In this document: positions 48,501-57,319 of the stretch, piece by piece | Numbering within the stretch: position 1 is the stretch's first letter | Layout: each line of letters starts with the position of its first letter | DNA from: Bdellovibrionales bacterium | Lineage (GTDB): Bacteria > Bdellovibrionota > Bdellovibrionia > Bdellovibrionales > JAGQZY01 | Direction of reading: 5' to 3' | Assembly (NCBI GenBank): GCA_964230645.1 | Contig: CAXRHT010000002.1 | Span: forward strand, 1,056,001 to 1,120,000 | Length of the DNA: 64,000 bases | Notes under the pieces: generated by a model | The model's input: only the letters and a program-made list of their open reading frames with translations | The model's database searches: none | What the model was told of the DNA's origin: nothing | Translations under genes and position numbers: made by a program

Positions 48501-49108
48501 CTCCAGTTTTTGATCCAGAAACTTAGGGGCTTTTTATCCTCGGAATCTTTATCACGATCTTTCCAGGCTACCCAACTTTGTAGTGCCTCTTCTTTTCGGT
48601 AGCCCATTCGATTCCAGAATTTATGAAGGGGCTTATAATCTTCTGGTTTTAAAGGATGATCTTCATCTCGCTCAACCGCACAGAAACAGGTTATTTTAAG
48701 AGAGCTCATGACCTCTTTGGCATGTTTTTCACGCTCTTCAAAAAATAAATGACCCAATTTATTGCCACGAGCCTCTTTAAGAACAATGGACTCTCCGAAG
48801 TAAAAAATCGAATTTAGATCGTAATTTTGTTCGACAAAGGGTTTTTGAAAATCGCTGGTCTCATCCACTAGTGGAAGACCAGTGCTGGCTCCAATTAGTT
48901 TCGTATCCTTGAAAACAAGAAGAGCCACACTGTCTGGAGAGCTTAGGTAGGTGTCCAAATATTCTCTTTCGTAACCAAGATCCCCATCATACAGATAGGG
49001 AAATTCATAAAAAACTTTGATCCGAAGCTCGGCTAATTTATCCACATAGGGTTCAAGCTCTTTGCCTCTAACCTTCAAAATTTCTAAGTCATTTCTTTCA
49101 ATATTCAT
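48497..49108 (-). CDS. GNAT family N-acetyltransferase
   Basis: EFPYLYDGD, FYFGESIVLKEARGNKLG, FWNRMGY. Confidence 0.85.
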   Translation of the reverse strand: MNIERNDLEILKVRGKELEPYVDKLAELRIKVFYEFPYLYDGDLGYEREYLDTYLSSPDSVALLVFKDTKLIGASTGLPLVDETSDFQKPFVEQNYDLNSIFYFGESIVLKEARGNKLGHLFFEEREKHAKEVMSSLKITCFCAVERDEDHPLKPEDYKPLHKFWNRMGYRKEEALQSWVAWKDRDKDSEDKKPLSFWIKNWS

Positions 49109-50592
49109 TAACCCTTGGCCTCTTTGTAACGATCAAGCGCCATTTCTCGTCTCTCCTTATGGTCAACAATGGGCTTTGGGTAATCCGGATGATCGATGGG
49201 TTTATGGAAGTCACTGGCTTCAAGGTCTTTAAGCTCAGGAAGATAGGTTTTCATATACTCGGCGTCCTCATCGAATTTCTTCCCCTGTGTCCAAGGGTTA
49301 AAAATTCGGAAATAGGGCTGGGGGTCACATCCCGTTGAAGCCGCCCACTGCCACCCCCCATTATTAGCGGCAAGATCCCCATCGAGAAGCTTTTCCATAA
49401 AATACTGCTCCCCCCAACGCCAATCGATAAGAAGATCTTTTGTTAAAAAAGACGCCACAATCATGCGCACGCGGTTGTGCATCCATCCAGTAGTGTTAAG
49501 CTCCCTCATACCAGCGTCCACAATAGGATATCCAGTCTTGCCCTCTTTCCAGGCCTTGAAGTGGTTTTTATTGTTAATCCACTTCACCTTTTTAAAATCT
49601 TCTAAAAAGGCTTCTTTCTCGACTCTAGGGAAATGATACAAAATATGGTAGTAGAACTCACGCCAAATAAGTTCATTGAAAAAAGCATCACGGTTGTTTT
49701 TCTTTTTTCCAAAAGGCTTGAGGTCAAAGTATTTAATAATGATCGGAACCGTAAGAGAACCATTTTTAAGAAACATGGAAAATCGCGAAGTAGCTTTAAC
49801 AGAAGGGATGTCCCTCTTATCTCCGTACTCATCAATTTTCTTTTTAAACTCTTTGAGAGCCTCGTAGGCAGCTTCTGTCCCAGCCTTTGGGATATCGATA
49901 TCCACCTTTTTCTTGTTCTCATCTTTGTAACTTTTCAAAATGTCCTGATAATCTTTTTTATCATCAAAGAGCTGATTCCAGGTGAGTCGAAAAAGTTTTT
50001 CATCGCGGTTGACCTTTTTTAGGTATTTTAAAGCGGACTCTTGCCGGCTCACCCTTTCTTGAACATCTTTGGTTTTAAAAATTTCAAGCCAACGTCGAGA
50101 AAATGGTGTGAACACTTGGTAGGGGCCATCTCCGGTTTTTTTGCTCAGTTCATGAGGTTCTATTAAAAGGTGATCTCTTTGAATTTGCACCTCAATTCCT
50201 TCGCCTTCAAAAAGCTTTTTCATCTTTTTGTCGCGCTCTCTGGAAAATGGCTCATAATCCTGACCCCAAGTCATGAGACTGGGAAGAGCGCCGTACTGTT
50301 TGTTTAGTTTTTTTAACAAATCAGGGAAAGCCTCCTCAGGGCCCACATCCATAAAGAGAAGATCGCTTCCCTTCCTGCGCAGCTCTTTTTGCAATTCAAA
50401 GAGAGTTTCAATAAAAAATTGAAAACGATTGTGCGAGAAATCGTTGCGACTGAGAAATTTCTTATCAAAACAAAAGACGCCAACAACCCGTCCATCATTT
50501 TCTTTTAGATTTCTTAACAAACCATTGTTTCCAGCGATTCTCAGGTCTCGACGAAACCAATGGATTCCATAACTTTCTTTTTCCATAGACAC
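49108..50592 (-). CDS. phrB: Deoxyribodipyrimidine photolyase (CPD photolyase/cryptochrome family)
   Basis: WFRRDLR, ELIWREFY, TGYPIVDAGMREL, MHNRVRM, GGWQWAASTG..RIFNP. Confidence 0.92.
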   Translation of the reverse strand: MSMEKESYGIHWFRRDLRIAGNNGLLRNLKENDGRVVGVFCFDKKFLSRNDFSHNRFQFFIETLFELQKELRRKGSDLLFMDVGPEEAFPDLLKKLNKQYGALPSLMTWGQDYEPFSRERDKKMKKLFEGEGIEVQIQRDHLLIEPHELSKKTGDGPYQVFTPFSRRWLEIFKTKDVQERVSRQESALKYLKKVNRDEKLFRLTWNQLFDDKKDYQDILKSYKDENKKKVDIDIPKAGTEAAYEALKEFKKKIDEYGDKRDIPSVKATSRFSMFLKNGSLTVPIIIKYFDLKPFGKKKNNRDAFFNELIWREFYYHILYHFPRVEKEAFLEDFKKVKWINNKNHFKAWKEGKTGYPIVDAGMRELNTTGWMHNRVRMIVASFLTKDLLIDWRWGEQYFMEKLLDGDLAANNGGWQWAASTGCDPQPYFRIFNPWTQGKKFDEDAEYMKTYLPELKDLEASDFHKPIDHPDYPKPIVDHKERREMALDRYKEAKG

Positions 50593-50653
50593 TCAGTGAT
50601 ACATTGACATCCTCCTTAAAATCAACGAAATTTGTTCAGAAGGATGTGAACAA

Positions 50654-52027
50654 ATGAACATACTTATATCAGGAGGCACAGGCCTCGTTGGAACAGAAAT
50701 CGGAAAAAAGTTAGCCGGCAAAGGACACAAACTTTTTATCCTCACTCGCTCAAAAGAAAAAGCGGCCAAGCAATGCCCATTCCCCAATACACCTGTATCT
50801 TGGGATGAGCTTGAATCATCAAATATCGGTGCTGACCTTGAAGGAATTATCAATCTCGCTGGAACCAATATTTTTGAAAACCGTTGGAATTCCGAAGTAA
50901 AAAAGAAAATTCACCAATCACGAATTGAGTCCACAAGGACCTTGGTAAATTTCGCCAACCAAAAATGCAAGAACTTAAAGAGCTTTGTTTCAACCTCGGC
51001 TGTCGGGATTTACGGTGAAGCGGATGAACAAATGGTCACTGAGGAAAACAGCCTCTCCTATAGCTTCCTTGGACAAGTCTGCCAAGACTGGGAGGCTGAA
51101 GCTAAAAATCTTAAGGTCGGAAATTTGAGTATTGTTCGTGTGGGAATTGCTTTTTCCGAAAAAGGCGGCGCACTCGAAGAGATGGTTCCTCCTATCCAAG
51201 CCGGCGTGGGTGGAGCTCTTGGCGATGGCAAAGCCTATATGAGCTGGATTGATATCGATGATCTCTCAGATATCTTCATTCACTGTTTAGAAAATTCCCT
51301 TACAGGCACGTACAATGCCACAGCCCCCAATCCCGCCACTAATCAAGAAATATCAAAAGAAATTGCCAATCACCTTGGCACCTCTCTTCTAATGAATGTA
51401 CCCTTCTTTGCTTTAAGAATGGTGGTGGGACCCGTTGCAAAACATCTTGTTGAATCTCAGACAATTAGCTCGGAAAAAATTCAAAAGACTGGTTTTAAAT
51501 TTAAGTACACCAACATCAAAGATTCCATTAAAACAAGAGTCCCTAAACTCAAAGGCACTCAAAGGCGTTACATTTTTGAGCAGTGGGTTCCGCAAAGCAA
51601 AGAAGAGATATTCCCCTTCTTTTCTGAAGCGAAAAATCTTGAGCGCATCACTCCTGATTCCTTAAGTTTTCATATCGTCTCTGTCTCTACTGATGAAATA
51701 CAAGAGGGCACTGAAATCAACTACCGTCTAAAAGTTGATGGCATCCCACTCAAGTGGAAAACCATCATTCAACAGTGGGACCCTCCCCACCAATTCGTCG
51801 ACAACCAGGAAAAGGGCCCTTACCGCAAATGGCACCACACCCATCGCTTTGAAGAGCTTGCTGGCGGAACGCTAATGACGGATCAGGTAGACTTTGAGCT
51901 TCCCCTGGGAGCTCTTGGTTATATGGCGGCTGGGTGGAAAGTTCTTAAGGATGTAAATAACATCTTTGAATTCCGTAGAGAGAAAATTTACGACCTTTAC
52001 GTCAAAGATAAAAATCAGAGTCGCTGA
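50654..52027 (+). CDS. TIGR01777 (YfcH/SDR39U1) NAD-dependent epimerase fused to an SRPBCC domain
   Basis: SGGTGLVG, INLAG, VCQDWE, SWIDIDD; C-terminal NLERITP..FVDNQEKGPYRKWHHTHRF. Confidence 0.88.
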   Translation: MNILISGGTGLVGTEIGKKLAGKGHKLFILTRSKEKAAKQCPFPNTPVSWDELESSNIGADLEGIINLAGTNIFENRWNSEVKKKIHQSRIESTRTLVNFANQKCKNLKSFVSTSAVGIYGEADEQMVTEENSLSYSFLGQVCQDWEAEAKNLKVGNLSIVRVGIAFSEKGGALEEMVPPIQAGVGGALGDGKAYMSWIDIDDLSDIFIHCLENSLTGTYNATAPNPATNQEISKEIANHLGTSLLMNVPFFALRMVVGPVAKHLVESQTISSEKIQKTGFKFKYTNIKDSIKTRVPKLKGTQRRYIFEQWVPQSKEEIFPFFSEAKNLERITPDSLSFHIVSVSTDEIQEGTEINYRLKVDGIPLKWKTIIQQWDPPHQFVDNQEKGPYRKWHHTHRFEELAGGTLMTDQVDFELPLGALGYMAAGWKVLKDVNNIFEFRREKIYDLYVKDKNQSR

Positions 52028-52082
52028 CGATTTGATTACATAGATTAATAATCAAAACCAAGTTTCCCCGTGCCTCTTGTTC

Positions 52083-53036
52083 TTATTCACAGACAGGGTT
52101 TTGGTAAGAAACCTCAGGTATAAAAGGAAGAATCTTTGAAATCGGGGTCACCACCTCTCCTTCACAATTGTCGCCACATTTGGCTTCAATGCGACAGCCA
52201 TTATGAAATTGAAAGTCGGCCTCTCCAGAGACAAGAAGCCCTTCCACAAGACCTGTTTGAGAATTAAAAAGAGCGGAGCCTGAGTTAGCAGAAAAAGCAT
52301 CCACACTGGCTACAATTTTTTGCCCAGACGACTGCACAAACCCACCATCGGCAATTTTTGAAGGAAGCCCCATGGGATGACCAATAAGCATAACCTGCTC
52401 ACCAATTCCAAGAGCTCCTGAGCGGCGAACATTCAAAGGAGTGCGATCCTCTACTTTTCGATCCAGGCGAATCACAGCAAAATCATTACTCCCTGTCTCA
52501 TGAGCCACAATTTCCTTACAGTGATAGATACTGTTTTCATCGACCCGGTACTCTTTTTGATCTTCTTTTGTTTTAGCAAAATCAAAAACAAAACGGGTGT
52601 CCCGACAATCATACTCAGACTGAATGCAGTGACCGGCTGTCACAATAAGATCTTCACTCACTAAAAACCCCGAACAAAATCCCACTGAGGGCTGATCGCT
52701 AAAGGCCTGTCCCGGACATAGCCCTACAAGATTTTTATAGGTAGGTCCATAGAGTCTATAGCTTCTACCCTCACGCACAAGAGAGCTTGAAGACACGAGA
52801 GCTAAAGTGGCTTTTGCCCAGTACTGGGTGGTTTGCCCAGGAGACTCCCACCAATCCAGGCGATTATCAGCACCATAGATAGCACTCGCACTCACCTTAC
52901 CACTTTCCTGATCGTCAGGAATTTGACAGGTGAGTCCGGTATTGGTGGCTGCTTTTGAAATCAGCCCCCGTTTTTGATTGGGGGAGCAGGCCATAAGGAA
53001 AAGCAGTCCTATAGTGAAAAAGCCATGTTTTATCAT
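52083..53036 (-). CDS. Trypsin-like serine protease lipoprotein
   Basis: Lipobox FLMAC; IYGADNR; TAGHC, DFAVIRL, NSGS triad. Confidence 0.88.
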   Translation of the reverse strand: MIKHGFFTIGLLFLMACSPNQKRGLISKAATNTGLTCQIPDDQESGKVSASAIYGADNRLDWWESPGQTTQYWAKATLALVSSSSLVREGRSYRLYGPTYKNLVGLCPGQAFSDQPSVGFCSGFLVSEDLIVTAGHCIQSEYDCRDTRFVFDFAKTKEDQKEYRVDENSIYHCKEIVAHETGSNDFAVIRLDRKVEDRTPLNVRRSGALGIGEQVMLIGHPMGLPSKIADGGFVQSSGQKIVASVDAFSANSGSALFNSQTGLVEGLLVSGEADFQFHNGCRIEAKCGDNCEGEVVTPISKILPFIPEVSYQNPVCE

Positions 53037-53275
53037 AGCTCTTCTTCGGCCCCTCATCTGGACTTATTGAATATGTCCAAATGTGCCTAACTTCTGACTA
53101 GACCAAAGAATATATTCTCGACTCTCGTCCTGCCTCTCCCCTAGGGTTGCACTTTTCAACCACTGAGATTTTTCAAATCCATATTCGAACCAATGGGGAG
53201 AGTTTGCATTTTAAAAAGAGTTTTTCTGCTCTAGCTTCTACTCATGTTGTTAGAACAATCAGACAAGGAGAATAA

Positions 53276-54013
53276 ATGAACAACAAGTTTGTTATTGGAT
53301 GGATCACTTACACCCTTTTGATCATCGCCATATGTACCCTGATTTCTTGGCCGCCAAAGAAAGTCTCTATGGTCACCGAAACCTTCCAGGTGGAAAACGC
53401 CAACCAGTTAGCAAAACATATCAATAGCCTTTTTGATAAACAGTGGGTGGGAAAGGCCCATCCCATTGATAACAAAACTCTTCTTGTCAAAATGCCTGAA
53501 GAGTATCGTCGAGGAGTCAGTCGCCTTATTAAAAAATCCAAACAGGAAAAAAATGATAAAATGGTGGAACTTGATTTCTGGATCGTTCGAGCCACTAAAG
53601 AGCCAATAGGACTCAATAAGGAAGCCCCTTTTCGAGAAAGAATAATTGGTCTTCTAAAAAAAGAAGACCCGAATTCCGAATTTGAAATTTTAGAACACTA
53701 CAAGGGAAGAGCTTTAACTGAGCACCGTTTAAAAATGGAGGGCTGGCTCGCCGAAATCTCCTCTCATCCCAGAAATCATCGCGACTCAAACAAGGTGAAC
53801 TTGCAAATTAAAGTGGATTCACAAATGGGTGAAGTCGATAGTCACATCCAACTTGAAAACAAAAAGCTCACTCTCTTTAGTCAAAACGCTGTCCACCGTA
53901 AAAAAATCCAAAGAATTTTCGAAGACAAGAGCTTTAGTACAAACGCAGAAACAAAAAAGCACAACAGGAGCGAAAACATCTACTATGTTTTGCGTGGCAA
54001 TATTCTGCAGTAG
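53276..54013 (+). CDS. Hypothetical membrane-anchored protein (secretin N-domain-like segment)
   Basis: N-terminal TM; AAGGAG RBS; NANQLAKHINSL..NKTLLV..VSRLI..MVELDFWIV pattern. Confidence 0.55.
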   Translation: MNNKFVIGWITYTLLIIAICTLISWPPKKVSMVTETFQVENANQLAKHINSLFDKQWVGKAHPIDNKTLLVKMPEEYRRGVSRLIKKSKQEKNDKMVELDFWIVRATKEPIGLNKEAPFRERIIGLLKKEDPNSEFEILEHYKGRALTEHRLKMEGWLAEISSHPRNHRDSNKVNLQIKVDSQMGEVDSHIQLENKKLTLFSQNAVHRKKIQRIFEDKSFSTNAETKKHNRSENIYYVLRGNILQ

Positions 54014-54043
54014 TAAATATCAAGATTGAGTCATCCATCCCCC

Positions 54044-54198
54044 TGTCGTCCTGAACAGCTTTGCATTGCCATCCTGAACAGCTTTGCATTGCCATCCTGA
54101 GCGGTTTTGCATTGTCATCCTGAGGCGAAGCCGAAGGATCTATACCCGAGATCCTTCGCTAACGCTCAGGATGACAGTGTGCAACCACTCAAGATGAC
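54044..54198. repeat. REP-type palindrome (GTCATCCTGAG..GAAGGATCT) preceded by three tandem 23-bp repeats
   Basis: Units at 54044, 54067, 54090; palindrome arms 54113-54141 and 54149-54176. Confidence 0.88.
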
Positions 54199-54348
54199 TG
54201 GAAGCTCTTCTCAATATGAGAAAACCCTAGCTCTAAAGCACAACCACGACAATTAACGGCACCACTCCTCTAAACACCATGTCTCCAACTCCCCACACCT
54301 CTTCAGCTCAAATATAAGCCCTTCCGCCCCGATCCAACTCATTGGCCC

Positions 54349-54365
54349 CTGGCACCCTATTTGCT
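54349..54365 (+). promoter_or_regulatory. Sigma54 -24/-12 promoter
   Basis: CTGGCAC-cctat-TTGCT matches consensus TGGCAC-N5-TTGCW. Confidence 0.75.
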
Positions 54366-54430
54366 CTTTTAGTTGACTAATACAACGATAAAAATTGTGG
54401 TAGTCTCACGAGCAACATAAAGGAGATCTT

Positions 54431-54823
54431 GTGAAAAAATTAAGCCTTATCATTTTCGTTTTATCTCTTCCCTTTTTATCCCTAGCGCAGGACGAAGTCG
54501 TGTGCGATGAGAAACAAGCGCAAATCACTCTCCAACAGGCCACAGAAAACTTAGCAAAATCCCTAGAAAACGAATACCCCCACTTAAAGCTCGATTGTCA
54601 GATCAATAAGTCTTACGGTGCTACCAATTATGATGTGACTGACAAAAAAATGGAGAGCAAACAAGGACCTAAATTTGACTACTTCAAAGGCTATTCGGTC
54701 TGCGATCAAAAAGATCCGAGGATTCGTCAGTTAGTGAAGTCAAGTTTTAGCTTTATGATCGAAAAAGACAAATGCCAGGTCATGAAAATGGAGCGAGTGC
54801 AGTCAAAAACCAATATTTATTAA
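54431..54823 (+). CDS. Small secreted Cys-containing hypothetical protein
   Basis: Signal peptide MKKLSLIIFVLSLPFLSLA; 4 Cys; AAGGAG RBS. Confidence 0.75.
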   Translation: MKKLSLIIFVLSLPFLSLAQDEVVCDEKQAQITLQQATENLAKSLENEYPHLKLDCQINKSYGATNYDVTDKKMESKQGPKFDYFKGYSVCDQKDPRIRQLVKSSFSFMIEKDKCQVMKMERVQSKTNIY

Positions 54824-54825
54824 AA

Positions 54826-55056
54826 CTAACTAAAAAACTTATTAAAAAGTTTCAATAGTCCAGAAAATATTAAGCTTAAAAGAATACAGGTTGTGATCGG
54901 AAAATAAAAACTCGAGTTTTTCCCTTTGATATGAATGTCTCCCGGAAGTCTTCCCAGGGGCACATACTTAAAAAAACCGACCTGCCATAAAACTCCGGCG
55001 AAAACCAAAATGATTCCAATGGTAATTAATATCGCGCCCGGAGACATTCGACCCAT
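54826..55056 (-). CDS. DUF2905 family membrane protein
   Basis: LGRLPGDI..FYFPITTCILLS. Confidence 0.88.
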   Translation of the reverse strand: MGRMSPGAILITIGIILVFAGVLWQVGFFKYVPLGRLPGDIHIKGKNSSFYFPITTCILLSLIFSGLLKLFNKFFS

Positions 55057-55068
55057 AAAATCACTGTC

Positions 55069-56811
55069 CTAAAGCATAAATTGCTTAATTTCTTGAATGG
55101 GTGCCCGTCCATAACCTAAGAACTCCTCATGAAACTGCTTAAGCTTAAAGTCCTCTTCTTTTTCTTTTTTCAATTTCTCGCGCAGTTCATAAATAGCCGT
55201 GAATCCACCAAAGTAGCTCGCTAGTTGCACTTGCTTAAGTTTCGCTCTATGCCACTTTCCTTCGGCCTCTGATTTTTCCTGATAGGCTCCAGCCATCATC
55301 ATCTTCATGGCATCTTCTTTACTCAGATTTTTATGATGAATTTCGTAATCGAGAATCGTGTTGGTCACTGATCTCAAGAGCCACTTGTAATAGACGAGCC
55401 AAAGCTCCTGGCTTTTCTCGGCATAACCCTGCTCCATCATCATTCTCTCAGCGTAAACGGCCCAGCCTTCAACAAGGGCCCCATTGTAAAACACAGAGCG
55501 CACAAGACTATTGGTTTTATTGGCGTAAACGGACTGAACATAGTGACCAGGCAGAGCCTCATGGATATTGAGGATCTGTAGCATATAGTTATTGTACTCT
55601 CGTAAGTAACTCTCCGCCTGTTTTGCCGTCATACGATCCAGAGGGGTGACGTTGTAGTAGGTCTCATCTTTTTTATTAAAAGGCCCGGGAGCTTCTACAC
55701 TGGCCCCAGCATAGCCTCTTAAATAAGGAGGAGTTTCACGAACCTTAAGCGGCTGGCTCTCATCTAAGGACACAAGATTGTGCTTTTTGATAAAAGCTTT
55801 GAGCTCTGGTAGTTGCTCTTTGATTTTATCAATAAACTCTCCCCTTTTGGGATGCTGCTTTGAAACTTTAGCAAGAATACTAGTGACCACATCTTGGCGA
55901 TCTTTAGGTGGTAACTTCTCTCCAAAGTATTTTGGATAAAGGGCAATGGCTGACTCAAACATTTTTGATCTTAAGTCTTGTTTGGCATCCAGTGCTTTTT
56001 TGTAAAGTTCTTCGGGAGTGAAGCTGATCTGTAAGTCATACTCAAACTTTTTAGCGTAGGTTTCGCGACCAATACGGAAGTCTCTAAACCCGCCCACTTT
56101 TTTGGGATTCGAAAGAACCCCACGAAGAAACCGAATGTAACCCCGAGCGGCTGAGGCCGCAACACCCACTCGTTGCTCAAGGGTTGATTGATCGCGACGA
56201 GAGAGTTTTGATTTTTTAATTTGCTTAGTAACATCACCCTTAAGATATCGAATCAAACCTTTGGTTTGATCAATGGCGTGCTCGGTGTGAACTTTGGTGG
56301 GATTATTTACGGACTCCTGGGCCGCTTGATAAAAAGGTTTCACCAAAAGAAGTTTTTCACTCAGGTCTTGTAAGCGCTCCTCTAGTGGTCTTGCCGATTT
56401 ATTTAAGACGTAGCTTAAAGCCATACCCACATTGTGCTCGGATGGGTCCCACTGAAAATCTTTATACTCCTCAAGACTCCAAATTCGTTTTTTCATTTCA
56501 TTGATGACCATACTCCGATCAATTCGTTGGCCAATGGACAAATCATCAATAGGAAAAGTCTCAAACTTTGAAAGAGTCTCTTTATAAAAAGTGAGCCTTT
56601 TTGAGCGCGTTTCCTCATTGGGAAGACTTAACTGTTTTTCGTAATCTGTGAGACCTTTAGAGGAAGCCATCTCAGGATGAAGAGGCCAAAACTCTTGAAA
56701 GAACTTATCGGTCACTTCTGAAAACTTCGGATTGTCCTCAATATCTTTAAGACTCGTACAGCCCAAAAACAAAAAAGCCACTAGAAAAGACATGAAAACA
56801 GAACGGCTCAT
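55069..56811 (-). CDS. DUF885 family lipoprotein (metallopeptidase-like)
   Basis: Lipobox LFLGC; HEALPGHYVQ, EGWAVYAE, QLASYFGG. Confidence 0.88.
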   Translation of the reverse strand: MSRSVFMSFLVAFLFLGCTSLKDIEDNPKFSEVTDKFFQEFWPLHPEMASSKGLTDYEKQLSLPNEETRSKRLTFYKETLSKFETFPIDDLSIGQRIDRSMVINEMKKRIWSLEEYKDFQWDPSEHNVGMALSYVLNKSARPLEERLQDLSEKLLLVKPFYQAAQESVNNPTKVHTEHAIDQTKGLIRYLKGDVTKQIKKSKLSRRDQSTLEQRVGVAASAARGYIRFLRGVLSNPKKVGGFRDFRIGRETYAKKFEYDLQISFTPEELYKKALDAKQDLRSKMFESAIALYPKYFGEKLPPKDRQDVVTSILAKVSKQHPKRGEFIDKIKEQLPELKAFIKKHNLVSLDESQPLKVRETPPYLRGYAGASVEAPGPFNKKDETYYNVTPLDRMTAKQAESYLREYNNYMLQILNIHEALPGHYVQSVYANKTNSLVRSVFYNGALVEGWAVYAERMMMEQGYAEKSQELWLVYYKWLLRSVTNTILDYEIHHKNLSKEDAMKMMMAGAYQEKSEAEGKWHRAKLKQVQLASYFGGFTAIYELREKLKKEKEEDFKLKQFHEEFLGYGRAPIQEIKQFML

Positions 56812-57041
56812 AAAATTCCCCCAAGGAAAAGTTAACAGTAACAAAAAACGCTACATCATATTGATAGTAATGTCATTGCGTCCTCTTGCAACCCCTCTCA
56901 AGAAAACACACAAGCCCCTACCCCTGACAACCCAAGTCAGCTTTCAAGAATCGCAAGAGCAATTGAATTCAGAATCCCGGAAACCTACCGGATATCGGGT
57001 ATACCAGGATACTTGTATACAGGATATCCAGAATGAAGTGG

Positions 57042-57057
57042 AATGGCGATGGCGGGA
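57042..57057. repeat. 16-bp direct repeat of the tRNA-Arg 3' end
   Basis: aatggcgatggcggga at 57042-57057 and 57134-57149. Confidence 0.8.
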
Positions 57058-57135
57058 CCGAGTGGAGATCTGCCGCAAGGCAGGAGGCTCCAGGAGGAAA
57101 TCCGAGCGACATTGTCATTTTCAACTTGTTGGAAA

Positions 57136-57212
57136 TGGCGATGGCGGGAGGATTCGAACCTCCGACCGTCTGCTTAGAAGGCAGATGCTCTATCCAACTG
57201 AGCTACGCCACC
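57136..57212 (-). tRNA. tRNA-Arg (anticodon TCT)
   Basis: GGTGGCGTAGCTCAGTTGGATAGAGCATCTGCCTTCTAAGCAGACGGTCGGAGGTTCGAATCCTCCCGCCATCGCCA; 77 nt, encoded CCA. Confidence 0.97.
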
Positions 57213-57319
57213 ATTGCCTGAAGAAAAGTTAACTTAGCGGAAAAAAAAGGTGAATTCAATCTTTTGAGACCCCTTCAAAGCAAAAAGGCATGAGTAAAAG
57301 GAGCCCTCAAGATTAAATA

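Noticed and set aside
54044..54176. Possible CRISPR array
   Set aside because: 23-bp tandem units without unique spacers; explained by the REP palindrome end
57042..57212. Prophage or genomic island at tRNA-Arg
   Set aside because: The repeats enclose only ~76 bp; no integrase or phage genes nearby
56732..57232. 166-aa ORF on the plus strand
   Set aside because: Overlaps the tRNA and the DUF885 start on the opposite strand; no recognisable protein features
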